Of a stretch of 64,000 bases of DNA, positions 52,258 through 61,648 are shown one piece after another. Under the pieces are notes generated by a model. That model was not told the origin of the DNA. It was given only the letters and a program-made list of their open reading frames with translations, and ran no database searches. The number at the start of each line of letters is the position of its first letter. Position 1 is the stretch's first letter. Both the position numbers and the translations under genes were made by a program. Source of the DNA: an uncultured Chloroflexia bacterium (GTDB lineage Bacteria > Chloroflexota > Limnocylindria > Limnocylindrales > CSP1-4); assembly GCA_963768675.1 (NCBI GenBank), contig CAVYIV010000001.1, positions 77,913-141,912 on the forward strand, written 5' to 3'.

Positions 52258-53117
52258 CGTTGCAGTCCGTCGAACGCCATCTCGTGCATCACGCTGGACA
52301 GTTCGTCGGGGTGCTGGGCGTGGATGTCGTGGTCGCCGACGAACCAGCGCACCCTCACGTCGGGGATCATCGCCGTCGCCGCCTCGACGTCGCGGCGCTT
52401 GCGCTGCGTCCAGTCCGCGTCACCGCCGTCTACCGGCGCGAGCAGGACGGGGACGGCGAGGTCCGGGAACCGCTCCGACGGATGGTGCTCCCAGAGCCCG
52501 CGCAGGACCGCGATGTGGTGGTCGAAGGTGAGCCACGGCGCCACAGTTCCGTCGGCGCGGACCTCGAAGTTGGCCAGGGTGCCGCGGATCCCGGTCTCCG
52601 GCCAGTCGGGATGGGCCGACCGGACGTACCCCTCGATCTCCGAGAAGGGCCGCCCGGCCAGCCGGGGCGGGGCGAGGGCGGCCCGGCAGGCGTCCCAGTC
52701 CAAGAACTCGCGGCTGGGCTCCAGCCAGCCCCCGTCGACGCAGACGATCCCGCGGACGGCGGCCGGGTGCCTGGCAGCGAGCTCGACGACGACGTTGCCG
52801 CCCCAGGACTGCCCGGCCACGATCGGGCTCTCCAGCTCCAACGCTTCGATGAGCGCCGCCAGGTCGTCGGCGACGGTCGCCACGTCGTAGGGACCGTCCG
52901 GCTTGGACGACCGGCCGTGCCCGCGCAGGTCGACCGTGACGACCGGGTGGCCGTTCGCCACGAGGCGGGCCGCAACGCCGTCCCAGGTGCGCGCGTTCGA
53001 CGCGAGGCCGTGGACGAGCAGGAAGGACACCCCGGTCGGGGCCGACGGAAGCCAGGTGTCCGCTGCGACCTCGACGCCCTCGGCGACCCGGATGCTCCGC
53101 GTCTGCATGCGAGGCAT
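52254..53117 (-). CDS. alpha/beta hydrolase
   Basis: ATG at 53117 (or 53108); intact. Motifs: FLLVHGLASNARTWD, VTVDLRGHGRS, VAGQSWGGNVV (nucleophile elbow), GDHDIHAQHP. Confidence 0.85.
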   Translation of the reverse strand: MPRMQTRSIRVAEGVEVAADTWLPSAPTGVSFLLVHGLASNARTWDGVAARLVANGHPVVTVDLRGHGRSSKPDGPYDVATVADDLAALIEALELESPIVAGQSWGGNVVVELAARHPAAVRGIVCVDGGWLEPSREFLDWDACRAALAPPRLAGRPFSEIEGYVRSAHPDWPETGIRGTLANFEVRADGTVAPWLTFDHHIAVLRGLWEHHPSERFPDLAVPVLLAPVDGGDADWTQRKRRDVEAATAMIPDVRVRWFVGDHDIHAQHPDELSSVMHEMAFDGLQR

Positions 53118-53155
53118 GGTAGTCGGGACCGCCACGGCGGGCGGATCCCATCCTT

Positions 53156-53920
53156 CTACAGCTCCTGGCGACGGAACGCGAGCGCCGCCACGACGAAGAG
53201 TGCGCAGACGAGCACCACCGACGCGATCGCCGGGCCTGCGACATCGACGCCGGGGAGGCCCAGGGCGAGCGCCCGGGCCGGGTCGCCCAGCCCGGTCGGC
53301 AGGTAGCGGCCGATCGCCGGCACGATCCCCACGATCCCTAGGACGATGAGCGCGGCGACGCCGAGACCGGCGGCCGCGAGCGCGGAACGGGTCAGGGTGC
53401 TGCCCAGGAACGTGATCGCCGCGTACGCCACGAGGGCCAGCCACTGGAGGATCATCGATGCCACGAACCCGCCGACCGGCAGCGGCTCGAACAGGACGAG
53501 CGTGTAGAGCCACGCTCCGGCGCCGGCGATCGCCGTCGAGATGCCGAGGGTCGTCGCGATCGCGACCATCTTGGCCAGGAGGAATGCGTCGCGGCCCGCC
53601 GGTTTCGTGAGGATCAGAGCCGCGGTCCCGCGCTCCTTCTCCGTGGCGACGGAACCCATCGCGAGGAGCACCGCCACGAGCGCCCCGAACTGGCCCAGGT
53701 TCTTTGCCAGCTGGGCATAGGCGTCTGCCGACGTCGGGGTCGGAATCGAGAGCGCCCCGAACTGGTCGCCGCCGACCGCCTTGAGGATGTCAGGCGTGAA
53801 TCGCGCGAGGAGCGGGGACGAGAGGCCCACGAGCAGGAAGACGGTCGCCACGATTGGCAGCCTGGCCGTCCGCCACTGCTCCAGCAGCTCCTTGCGCAGG
53901 AGCGTCGCCAGCCCGCTCAT
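53156..53920 (-). CDS. ABC-2 type transporter permease
   Basis: Intact 254-codon ORF with six hydrophobic segments. Motifs: LLRKELLEQWRT, ATEKERGTAALILTKP. Its ATG overlaps the ATPase stop (ATGA). Confidence 0.8.
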   Translation of the reverse strand: MSGLATLLRKELLEQWRTARLPIVATVFLLVGLSSPLLARFTPDILKAVGGDQFGALSIPTPTSADAYAQLAKNLGQFGALVAVLLAMGSVATEKERGTAALILTKPAGRDAFLLAKMVAIATTLGISTAIAGAGAWLYTLVLFEPLPVGGFVASMILQWLALVAYAAITFLGSTLTRSALAAAGLGVAALIVLGIVGIVPAIGRYLPTGLGDPARALALGLPGVDVAGPAIASVVLVCALFVVAALAFRRQEL

Positions 53921-54975
53921 CGGTCCGTGACCCGGCGGGGCCGCACGAAGCCGCGGCCGTCGAGCTCATCCGTGGAGGCCGTGCCCACCAGCTCCAGGAA
54001 GACGTCTTCGAGCGTCGGCCGCGCGCGCTCGAACGCCTCGAGCACGATGCCGGACTCCACGACGAGCGGCAGGATCCCGCGGGCCGCCGCGGCGGGGTCG
54101 GAGACCGTGACGCGCAGGGATGCGCCGGTGGTCGAGACCTCGGTGGTCCACGCGGCCGCCCGGAGCCGATCGACGAGACCGGCGACCGCCTGCTCCTGCC
54201 GGGGCGCCGGCACGAGCCGGTAGATTGGACGGGCGTGCGCCGCGAGCAGGTCCTCGAGGGGTCCCTCGGTCACCCGGCGTCCCCGATCGAGGATCGCCAC
54301 CCGGTCGCAGATCCGCTCGACGTCCTCCAGGACGTGGGTGGAGAAGACCACAGTCGCCTCTCCGCGCAGGCTCGCGACCAGCTCGAGCAGATCGCGCCGG
54401 CCCTCCGGGTCGAGCGAGCTGACCGGCTCGTCGAGCAGGAGCAGCTGTGGGGCGTGGAGCAGGGCCTGGGCGATCCCGAGCCGCTGGCGCATCCCGCCCG
54501 AGTAGCCGCCGATCCGGCGCTCGGCTGCGCCGGCTAGACCCGTGCGCTCGAGCATCCCGCCGACCCGGGACCGCAGCTCCGGTCCGCCGATCCCGTGGAG
54601 CCGGCCGACGAGCTCGAGCAGCTCGCGCCCCCTCATCCACCCGTAGAACCGCGGGTCCTGGTCCAGGTAGCCGAGGCGGCGCCGAAGCTCCGGCTGATCG
54701 GGCTCCACGGCCACGCCGTCCACCGAGGCGCTACCCGCCGTCGGGCGGGCGAGCCCGGCCAGGATCCGGAGGGTCGTCGTCTTGCCCGCCCCGTTCGGCC
54801 CGAGCAGGCCGAAGATCGAGCCGCGGGGCACGACGAGGTCGAGCCGGTCGAGGGCGAGGATCATCCCGAACCGTTTCGTCAGCCCGCGGGCCTCGATGGC
54901 CGGGTCGCTCGCCGGCGCGGCGCAGGGCCCCGACGGCGCGATGGCGGCAACGTGCGCAGTCGGGGTGGCCGTCAC
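53917..54975 (-). CDS. ABC transporter ATP-binding protein
   Basis: Intact 352-codon ORF. GTG follows GGGAGGAAG. Motifs: GPNGAGKTTT, YSGGMRQRLGIA, LLLLDEPVSSLD. Confidence 0.9.
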   Translation of the reverse strand: MTATPTAHVAAIAPSGPCAAPASDPAIEARGLTKRFGMILALDRLDLVVPRGSIFGLLGPNGAGKTTTLRILAGLARPTAGSASVDGVAVEPDQPELRRRLGYLDQDPRFYGWMRGRELLELVGRLHGIGGPELRSRVGGMLERTGLAGAAERRIGGYSGGMRQRLGIAQALLHAPQLLLLDEPVSSLDPEGRRDLLELVASLRGEATVVFSTHVLEDVERICDRVAILDRGRRVTEGPLEDLLAAHARPIYRLVPAPRQEQAVAGLVDRLRAAAWTTEVSTTGASLRVTVSDPAAAARGILPLVVESGIVLEAFERARPTLEDVFLELVGTASTDELDGRGFVRPRRVTDR

Positions 54976-55181
54976 GCTTCCTCCCGACCAGCGACGAAGT
55001 AGAGGATCGGCCCGATGATGTTGACGAGGACGATCACCAGGGCCCAGACGATCTTGCTGCCGCCGCGGACGCGTCGCTCGCTACGCTCCAGGTCCACCAG
55101 GGCCGCGATCATCAGGCCCAGCTGGATCACGAAGATTGGGACCAGGAGCGCGATGATCTGTCCGGACGTGAGCTCGGCCAT
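54972..55181 (-). CDS. PLD-nuclease-N-terminal-like (PLDc_N) small 2-TM membrane protein
   Basis: ATG at 55181; 69 aa (IIALLVPIFVIQLGLMIAALVDL...KIVWALVIVLVNIIGPILYFVAGRE). Its stop overlaps the ATPase GTG (GTGA). Confidence 0.7.
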   Translation of the reverse strand: MAELTSGQIIALLVPIFVIQLGLMIAALVDLERSERRVRGGSKIVWALVIVLVNIIGPILYFVAGREEA

Positions 55182-55333
55182 GTCACCCGAGCATACCGGC
55201 CGAGGATGAAGAATTCTTGATCGGCCGCGCACCCGCGCGTGAACGCTTGGGGCCCGACGATACGCGAGGGGAAGACACGGCCCGCCGCACCCAGCCCATG
55301 GCGTGCGTTGCGCGGCGGGAAACCAGCGAGGGA

Positions 55334-56491
55334 ATGATGACGAGAACGCGCCTGGCCGCGCTTGCGCTCGCGGCCGGAATGCTGCTGATCACCGCGATCG
55401 TCCCGCTCGGGGCCTCGGCCGCGACGTTCAACCTGACGACGCCGTACCCGGCCGTGACGATCCAGCCCGGGAACACCGTCACGTTCCCCCTGGACGTGTC
55501 GGTGCCCGCGCCCGAGCGGGTGGGCCTGACCGTCTCCGGCGCTCCCAGCGACTGGACCGCCGACCTGCGGGGCGGCGGCAACATCGTCAACGCCGTGTTC
55601 GCCGGCGGCACGACCGCCGCCTCCGTCGAGCTCTCCGTGACCGTGCCGCAGGACGCCGCTTCCGGTACGACCACGCTCACCGTCACGGCGACCGCCGACC
55701 AGGGGACGCGGACACTCCCGATCGAAGTCACCGTTCTCGGCGCGACGAGCGGCGGGGTCACGCTCACCAGCGACTTCCCGCAGCTCTCCGGCGCTCCCAC
55801 GAGCACGTTCAGCTACAGCGTGACCCTGGCCAACACCGGCACGCAGAAGCAGACCTACACGCTGCAGGGGCAGGGACCGGACGGGTGGACGGTCAACGTG
55901 CATCCCTCGAGCAACGGGCAGGCGCTCACCGACACGGTGGACGGCGGAGCCACCGATACCCTGAGCGTCACGGCTCAGCCGCCCTCCACTGTGGCCGCGG
56001 GCAGCTACCCGATCCAGGTCTCGGTCGCCGCGGGCGGCCAGTCGGCCACGACCAACCTGGAGGCGGACGTCACCGGCTCCCCGGCGGTCTCCCTGAGCAC
56101 GCCCAACCAGGTCCTCAACGCGCAGGTCACCGCAGGCTCGACGGGAACCGTGGCCCTGGTCGTGTCGAACACCGGCACGACGGTCCTCCAGAACGTCTCG
56201 GTCACGGCCTCTGCCCCGACCGGCTGGACGACGACCTTCTCACCGACCACGATCGACTCCATCCAGCCGGGCAGCGCGGCGTCGGTGACGGCCACCCTCA
56301 AGCCGTCGAGCGATGCCCTCGCCGGTGACTACGACGTGACGTTCACGGTGACGTCCGGAACGGCCAGCGCCAACGTGGACATCCGGACGACGGTCCAAAC
56401 GTCCCCACTCTGGGGCTTCATCGGGCTCGCCCTGATCGTGCTCGTCATCATCGGCCTCGGCTGGGTCTTCCGCCGCTTCGGCCGGCGCTGA
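55334..56491 (+). CDS. secreted, C-terminally membrane-anchored protein with tandem NEW3/CARDB-like beta-sandwich repeats (COG1470-like)
   Basis: ATG at 55334 follows GAGGGA. The signal peptide is MMTRTRLAALALAAGMLLITAIVPLGASA. Thr/Ser/Val-rich repeats each carry P..V.AG.Y / A.GDY..TFTV. The terminal TM is WGFIGLALIVLVIIGLGWVF followed by RRFGRR. Confidence 0.8.
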   Translation: MMTRTRLAALALAAGMLLITAIVPLGASAATFNLTTPYPAVTIQPGNTVTFPLDVSVPAPERVGLTVSGAPSDWTADLRGGGNIVNAVFAGGTTAASVELSVTVPQDAASGTTTLTVTATADQGTRTLPIEVTVLGATSGGVTLTSDFPQLSGAPTSTFSYSVTLANTGTQKQTYTLQGQGPDGWTVNVHPSSNGQALTDTVDGGATDTLSVTAQPPSTVAAGSYPIQVSVAAGGQSATTNLEADVTGSPAVSLSTPNQVLNAQVTAGSTGTVALVVSNTGTTVLQNVSVTASAPTGWTTTFSPTTIDSIQPGSAASVTATLKPSSDALAGDYDVTFTVTSGTASANVDIRTTVQTSPLWGFIGLALIVLVIIGLGWVFRRFGRR

Positions 56492-56492
56492 C

Positions 56493-57506
56493 ATGCGCAA
56501 GCGGGGCCGCCTGGGGCGGCACGTGGCACCCGGGCAACCGGAGGCAGACCTCGCCATCCAGACACACGGCCTGACCAAGCAGTACGGCAGCCTGGTCGCC
56601 GTCGACAAGCTCAACCTCGCGATCCGGAGCGGTGAGATCTTCGGCCTGCTGGGCCCGAACGGGGCCGGAAAGACCACGACCATCCTGATGCTCCTCGGGC
56701 TGTCCGAGCCCACTCGGGGCAAGGCCGATGTGATGGGCTTCGACCCGACCAGGCAGCCCCTTGAGGTCAAGCGGCGGGTGGGCTACCTGCCCGACGACGT
56801 GGGCTTCTACGGCGAGCTGAGCGGCGCCCAGAACCTGCGCTACACGGCTGCCCTCAACGGCATCGAGCGGCGGGAGGCGGACGAACGGATCGGCGAGCTC
56901 CTCGAGCAGGTCGGTCTCGCCGGGGCGGCCAACCAGCGGGTCGAGCAGTATTCGCGCGGCATGCGCCAGCGCCTCGGACTGGCGGATGCCCTGGTCAAGG
57001 ATCCGTCGATCCTCATCCTCGACGAGCCGACGGCATCGATCGACCCGGCCGGCGTCACGGAGGTCCTGGCCCTGATCCAGTCCCTCGCCCGCGACAACGG
57101 CGTGACGGTCCTTCTCTCGAGCCACCTGCTCCACCAGGTGCACCAGGTCTGCGACCGGGTGGCGATCTTCAACGCGGGCAGGATCCTGGCCCAGGGCCGG
57201 ATGTCCCAGCTCGCGGCGGAGCTGGCGGGGGATCACCTCGAGCTCGAAGTGGGGATCGACGGCCCCGCGGACCAGGTCGAGGCGGCCCTGCGCGCGGTGC
57301 CGGGGGTGGTGGACGTGCAGCGCGACCCGCGCGATCCGGAGCTGTGGCGGGTGAGCGGCCCGCAGTCGATCCGCGGCCGCCTGGCGCTCGAGCTTGCCGC
57401 CCGGGGGATGGGCGTCCGGCACCTGCGCCGCATCGGCGACGAGCTCGACGAGATCTACCTGCGCTACTTCAGCCGCGACGAGGGTGACCGTGACCACGCC
57501 GCCTGA
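56493..57506 (+). CDS. ABC transporter ATP-binding protein
   Basis: Intact 337-codon ORF. Motifs: GPNGAGKTTT, YSRGMRQRLGLA, ILILDEPTASID. Confidence 0.9.
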   Translation: MRKRGRLGRHVAPGQPEADLAIQTHGLTKQYGSLVAVDKLNLAIRSGEIFGLLGPNGAGKTTTILMLLGLSEPTRGKADVMGFDPTRQPLEVKRRVGYLPDDVGFYGELSGAQNLRYTAALNGIERREADERIGELLEQVGLAGAANQRVEQYSRGMRQRLGLADALVKDPSILILDEPTASIDPAGVTEVLALIQSLARDNGVTVLLSSHLLHQVHQVCDRVAIFNAGRILAQGRMSQLAAELAGDHLELEVGIDGPADQVEAALRAVPGVVDVQRDPRDPELWRVSGPQSIRGRLALELAARGMGVRHLRRIGDELDEIYLRYFSRDEGDRDHAA

Positions 57507-58551
57507 CGCGATCGTGCTCGGTGAGGCACTGCCGGACGGCGGGCCGGAGGCCGGCCAGGACCAGACCGTCGATCGGCCGGCCCGCCCGCGGCCGCCGCGC
57601 CTCGGATGGCGCGTGGTGGCGGCCAAGGAGTTCGGCGACGGAATCCTGAGCGTGCGGCTCTTCATCCTCATCGCCCTGCTCGGCCTCGCCGCCGTCGGCG
57701 CGATCTACTCGACCGCCTCGTTCGTGGGCCAGAATGCCCAGGCCGCGAGCGGGGCAACGGGCCTCTTCGTCCAGCTCTTCAGCCACCAGGCATCGGGCTC
57801 CCAGGTTCCCTCGTTCGCGGCCCTCGTCGGCCTGCTGGGGCCGCTCCTCGGGATCGCGTTCGGGTTCGATGCGATCAACGGCGAGCGCTCCGAGCGGACG
57901 CTGCCCCGCCTGGTCTCGCAGCCCATCCACCGGGATGCGGTGATCATCGGCAAGTTCGCGGCCGGGCTCGCGGTGATCGGGCTGGTCCTGCTGGCGATCA
58001 CCCTTATCGTGTCGGGCATTGCCTTCCTCGTCCTCGGCATCAGCCCCAGCCCCGACGACCTGGCGCGCCTGGCGGTCTGGTTCGTCGTGGCGCTCCTGTA
58101 CCTGGGCTTCTGGCTGGCCTTCGCGATGCTCTGCTCGGTCGTCGTCCGCCGCGCTGCCACGTCGGCGCTGTCCGCGATTGCGCTGTGGGTCGTGCTGACG
58201 ATCTTTGCCTCCCTGCTGGTGGGGATCGTCGCAGGCTATCTCGCGCCGGCTCCGGCTGATGCGACGCTGGATCAGCAGATCTCCAACACCCAGCTCCAGC
58301 TGGACCTGGCCCGGGTGTCGCCCGGCACGCTCTACTCGGAAGCTGCCGACTACCTGCTCGACCCGACGATCCAGACGGTCGGCATCGTGCCCATCGAGCA
58401 GCAGACGGATCAGCGGGCGATCCCGTCGGTCCTGCCCCTGGACCAGAGCCTCCTCCTTGCCTGGCCCCAGATTGTGGCGCTCGCCTCGCTGACGGTCGTC
58501 TGTTTCGGGGTCGGCTATGTGGCGTTCATGCGCCAGGAGGTCCGGGCCTGA
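57484..58551 (+). CDS. ABC-2 type transporter permease
   Basis: GTG at 57484 overlaps the ATPase 3' end. After a charged N-terminal extension there are about six TM segments. Motifs: AKEFGDGILSVRLFILIAL, INGERSERTLPRLVSQP. Confidence 0.8.
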   Translation: MTVTTPPDAIVLGEALPDGGPEAGQDQTVDRPARPRPPRLGWRVVAAKEFGDGILSVRLFILIALLGLAAVGAIYSTASFVGQNAQAASGATGLFVQLFSHQASGSQVPSFAALVGLLGPLLGIAFGFDAINGERSERTLPRLVSQPIHRDAVIIGKFAAGLAVIGLVLLAITLIVSGIAFLVLGISPSPDDLARLAVWFVVALLYLGFWLAFAMLCSVVVRRAATSALSAIALWVVLTIFASLLVGIVAGYLAPAPADATLDQQISNTQLQLDLARVSPGTLYSEAADYLLDPTIQTVGIVPIEQQTDQRAIPSVLPLDQSLLLAWPQIVALASLTVVCFGVGYVAFMRQEVRA

Positions 58552-58595
58552 CGTCGCCGGCCGCGCGACGCTGCCCGCCGTGCTAGGGTCGGGCG

Positions 58596-59240
58596 GTGTA
58601 TCAACCCGGCCACGGACGCTTCGCGGTTCCCGATCCGGCAGCCTGCCTGGTCGAGCTGGCCGCCATCGTCCCGGCCACGCTGGTGACGCTCTCGGTCGAC
58701 GGTCTTGCCGCCTCGATCGTGCCACTCCTGTTCGATCCAGCCGACGGCCCGCTCGGGACCCTGCGGGGGCATCTCGCGCGAGCTAACCCGCAGTGGCGAG
58801 ACCTCTCGCCCGACGTCGAGGCCCTCGCCATCTTCGACGGGCCCGACGCATACGTCTCGCCGCGCTTCTACCTCTCCACGCGGCGGTCCGGGCGCCACGT
58901 CCCGACCTGGAACTACACGACGGTGCATGCGCACGGGGCGCTCGTCACGCGCGATGATCCCGGCTGGCTCCTGGACGTCGTCCGACGACTCACCGACCGC
59001 CACGAGGCCGGCCTGCCCGACGGCTGGTCGGTGGACGACGCGCCCGCGGGGTACATCGAGGCCGAGCTCGGCGGGATCGTCGGGGTGGAGCTGCGGATCT
59101 CGCGCCTCGAGGCGAAGCGCAAGTTGAGCCAGAACCGGGCGGCCGTGGACGTCGACGGCATCATTGCCGGCCTCTCCGCGGGATCGCCCCGGGAGCGGGC
59201 ACTCGCGCTCGAGATCCGGCGGGGCTCCGGGCGGCGGTAG
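58596..59240 (+). CDS. FMN-binding negative transcriptional regulator (PaiB family)
   Basis: Intact 214-codon ORF (GTG start). Pattern: LRGHLARANPQW..ALAIFDGPDAYVSP.FY........VPTWNYTTVHAHG...LEAKRKLSQNR. Confidence 0.85.
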   Translation: MYQPGHGRFAVPDPAACLVELAAIVPATLVTLSVDGLAASIVPLLFDPADGPLGTLRGHLARANPQWRDLSPDVEALAIFDGPDAYVSPRFYLSTRRSGRHVPTWNYTTVHAHGALVTRDDPGWLLDVVRRLTDRHEAGLPDGWSVDDAPAGYIEAELGGIVGVELRISRLEAKRKLSQNRAAVDVDGIIAGLSAGSPRERALALEIRRGSGRR

Positions 59241-59274
59241 CGGCCGAGCGTCGGCTCGCTCGCGACCTGGCGTG

Positions 59275-60178
59275 TCAGCGGCCGTGCGCCAGCGGGGCGA
59301 GCTTCCGGAGCTCGTCGACCGGTGACGCGGCGGTTCCCGCGCCGACGAGGTTGAGCACGACCTGGTCGGCCCCGGCCGTCGAGGCGCTCCTGAACGCGAC
59401 GGGCGATCGCGTCGAGATCTCCCCAGGCCACGATCGCCTCGAACAGCGCGTCGGACCCGGGCATCTCGAGGTCGCTCTCGGACCACCCGAGCCGGAGGAG
59501 GTTTGCCCGGTAGTTGGCCGACGCCAGGTAGACGCCGACGTGACGATCGCCGATCGCCCGGGCAGCGGCCAGGTCCTCCGCGAAGAGCACGGGCAGGTCG
59601 GCGGCGAGGAACGGCTCGGGCCCGAGGATGCCCCGGACCTCGCGGACGTGGGCCGCCGTCGAGAAGTACGGGTAGGCGCCGGCCGTCCGCTCCCCGGCAA
59701 GGCCGACCATCCGCGGCCCCAGCGCGGCCAGCACGACGGGCGGCATGTCGGCCGCCGGTCCGCGCCAGGGCGCCGAGTCCATCGCATCGAGGTACTCGCG
59801 CATTGCCGTGTACGGCCGCCCGTACTCATGGCCGCGGATGCGGACGAGCGGCGCATGGCTGACCCCGATGCCCAGGATGAAGCGGCCGGGCCATGCCTCG
59901 GCGAGCGTCCGGCCGCCGTTAGCCATCGCCGCCGCGTCGCGCGCCCAGATGTTGGCGATCCCGCTGGCCACCACGAGCCGCTCGGTCGCCGCGAGGTAGA
60001 CGGCGCCCCTGGCGAATGCCTCCTGCGCGAGCGCCTCGCCGTACCACAGGGTTCCGTACCCGAGCCGTTCCATCTCGCGGACGAACGAGCGCCCGACGTC
60101 CGCGGGCTGGGCGTTGAGCGGGCCAGCGAAGACGCCGATGCGGCCCGGGTCGATACCGTGAAGGCGGGCGAGGCTCAT
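59275..60178 (-). pseudogene. LLM-class F420-dependent oxidoreductase, one frame break as assembled
   Basis: ATG at 60178 follows GGAGG and overlaps the upstream MFS stop (ATGA). Motifs: LGYGTLWYGEAL, FILGIGVSHAPLV. The tail AGADQVVLNLVGAG...LAPLAHGR is in ORF 59275-59856. The break is at about 59378. Confidence 0.8.
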
Positions 60179-61629
60179 CGTCGGTCCTCCTTGACCGTTG
60201 CGAACACCGGTGCTGACAGGGACGCGTCCGCGGCACCCGGCCGGCTCGAACCGCGTACGAGGCTGGTGACGATCCCCACGCAGCAGACCAGGGCCGCCAC
60301 GACGAACGCGTCGTGGATGGCCCCCGCGAGCGCGACGCTCTGCAGCGTTGCCGTGGGCGGTCCCGCCAGCTCGGCCAGGTGGATCGGCAGGCGCGTGGCG
60401 ACGATCGCAGCGCTCAACGCAATGCCCAGCGCCTGTCCGGTGACGCGCATCTGGGCGAGCGTTCCGGACGCCGTCCCCACGCGATGGCGCGGCACCGAGC
60501 CGAGCACCGCGCTGCTGTTGGGGCTCATGAAGAGGCCCTGGCCGAGGCCCAGGAGCACCAGCCGCCAGATGAGGTCCGGTAGGCTGAAGTTCACTGGGAG
60601 CTGGGTGAGGCTCAGGAGGCCCAGCGCCTCGATCGCAAGGCCGCCGCTGGCCAGGGCGCGCGGACCGAAGCGGTCCGAGGCAGCCCCGCTGAAGGGCGCC
60701 ACCAGGGCCATCGTGATCGGCACCGGGGTGAGCAGGAGGCCCGCCTCGATCGGCGAGAAGCCGGATCCCTGCTCGAGGAGGAACGGCAGGAGGAAGGTTG
60801 CCGTGAACAGGCCCGCGAACGCCACGACCACACTGGCAAGGCCGGCCGCGAAAGGCCGGATCCGGAACAGGGCCAGGTCGATCATGGGCTGCAGCGCGCG
60901 GCGCTCGGCGGCAATGAAGCCGATGCCGATCGCGACGAAGGCGAGCAGGAGGCCGATCGTCGCCGGGCTCGCCCAGCCCCACGCCTGGCCCTCGCTCAGG
61001 GCGAGGAGGAGCGCGAAGAGCGCCACCCCGGAGAGTGCGGCCCCCCGCACGTCGAAGGACTGGCCCTCGCGGCCGGTCTCGGCCGGGAGGACGCGGGCCG
61101 CCCAGATGACCGCCAGCAGGCCGATCGGCGCGTTGATCAGGAAGATCGCCCGCCAGGATGCCGCCTGGGTGAGGATCCCGCCCAGGGCCGGTCCGAGGCT
61201 CAGGCCGATCGAGGTGGCGATGCCGTTGAGGCCGAGGGCACGCCCACGCTCATGTGGCGGGAACGTGCGGGCGACGATCGCGGGGCCCATCGACATGATC
61301 ATCGCCCCGCCCAGGCCCTGGACCACGCGGAAGCCGATCAGGGCGGCCTCGTTCGGTGCTGCGCCGCAGCAGATGCTGGCGAGCGTGAAGAGCGTGAAAC
61401 CGACGAGGTAGACGCGCTTGAACGTGAGCACCTCGCCGAGCCGGCCGAACGGCAGGAGCAGGCTGCCGATGACCAGGAGGTACGCGACAACGACCCACTC
61501 GACCGTGGTCAGGTCGATCCGGAACTCGGCCTGAATCGACGGCAGGGCAATGTTGACGATGCTGCCGTCGAGGGTCGACATCAGGGACCCGAGCGAGACG
61601 CTCGAGAGGATAAGCCACTTGCGCTCCAT
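60175..61629 (-). CDS. MFS transporter, DHA2 (EmrB/QacA-like) family
   Basis: ATG at 61629; intact, about 484 codons. Motifs: LMSTLDGSIVNIALPSIQ, GRLGEVLTFKR, RVVQGLGGAMIMS. Confidence 0.9.
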   Translation of the reverse strand: MERKWLILSSVSLGSLMSTLDGSIVNIALPSIQAEFRIDLTTVEWVVVAYLLVIGSLLLPFGRLGEVLTFKRVYLVGFTLFTLASICCGAAPNEAALIGFRVVQGLGGAMIMSMGPAIVARTFPPHERGRALGLNGIATSIGLSLGPALGGILTQAASWRAIFLINAPIGLLAVIWAARVLPAETGREGQSFDVRGAALSGVALFALLLALSEGQAWGWASPATIGLLLAFVAIGIGFIAAERRALQPMIDLALFRIRPFAAGLASVVVAFAGLFTATFLLPFLLEQGSGFSPIEAGLLLTPVPITMALVAPFSGAASDRFGPRALASGGLAIEALGLLSLTQLPVNFSLPDLIWRLVLLGLGQGLFMSPNSSAVLGSVPRHRVGTASGTLAQMRVTGQALGIALSAAIVATRLPIHLAELAGPPTATLQSVALAGAIHDAFVVAALVCCVGIVTSLVRGSSRPGAADASLSAPVFATVKEDRR

Positions 61630-61648
61630 CGCCGGACCGGGTGCCTTC

